From positions 11,410,001 through 11,470,000 of the forward strand of contig NC_086109.1 in assembly GCF_963921235.1 (NCBI RefSeq): 60,000 nucleotides of DNA. The letters are read 5' to 3'. The notes beneath the pieces are model-generated. The model saw only the letters and a list, made by a program, of their open reading frames with translations. It did not search any database and was not told the DNA's origin. Below are positions 59,546 through 60,000 of this stretch, one piece after another; within the stretch, counting starts at the first letter, position 1; every line of letters starts with the position of its first letter. Both the position numbers and the translations under genes were made by a program. The DNA comes from Mobula hypostoma. Taxonomy: Eukaryota.

Positions 59546-59807
59546 ACTTATGAAATTTGTTGCTTTGCAGCAGCACTGCATAAAAATTACTATAAATTAC
59601 AATAAGAAATCGATATTTAAAGAGAGATAAAAATAGTGAAGTAGTGCTGTTGGGTTCACTGTCTACTCAAAAATCCTTTGGTGGAGGGGAAGTAGCTGTT
59701 CTTAAAATGTTGAGTTTAAAACTATCCTCAATGTCCAGGAAATGATTACCTCTCAATCCAGATTTGAAAGAGGTTGCCTCTGTTTAGTCACAAGAGATTT
59801 CAGTAGG

Positions 59808-60000
59808 CACAAGAGATTTTGACTCAAAAGATTCCGCGGATGCTGGAGATTTTGAGCAGCACACACAAAATGCTAGTCAGGCAACATCTATGGAGAGGAA
59901 TAAAAATCCTGCTGAGGGGTCTCGACCTGAAACATCGACTGTTTATTCCCCTCCATTGAAGCTGTCTGACCTGCTGAGTTCCTCTAGCATTTTGCATGTG
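59808..60000. mobile_element. Inverted pair of short Penelope tails
   Basis: Minus tail about 59808-59905, then plus tail with degenerate ctgctga..gaaacatcgactg. Confidence 0.65.

Overview
Vertebrate genomic DNA, most likely a cartilaginous fish such as a ray or skate. This is inferred from the repeat complement: esterase-ORF1 CR1 LINEs, HE1-like V-SINEs, Penelope tails and Rex1/Babar fragments. Most of the window is nested transposable elements. These comprise several Ty3/Gypsy elements (including a two-LTR Gmr1-type SCAN-capsid element and a PNMA-like gag), two decayed endogenous retroviruses, a hAT transposon, Tigger, Harbinger and hAT MITEs, many CR1 fragments and one fully intact CR1. 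The only convincing host-gene signal is on the minus strand near 52.5-56.5 kb: a terminal exon encoding an ITIM-rich cytoplasmic tail, plus one or two small upstream exons. Four observations stand out. (1) An ERV env TM subunit with filovirus GP2/avian-type architecture (Cys-bounded internal fusion loop, LICGL..N-x-T). (2) A T-TTA-AAC slippery heptamer at the ORF1/ORF2 junction of two CR1 subfamilies, where ORF2 is in the -1 frame and has no usable ATG. (3) Minimal hammerhead-ribozyme motifs in Penelope tails. (4) The hidden inhibitory-receptor exons. All calls were made by eye; boundaries of decayed fragments are approximate.
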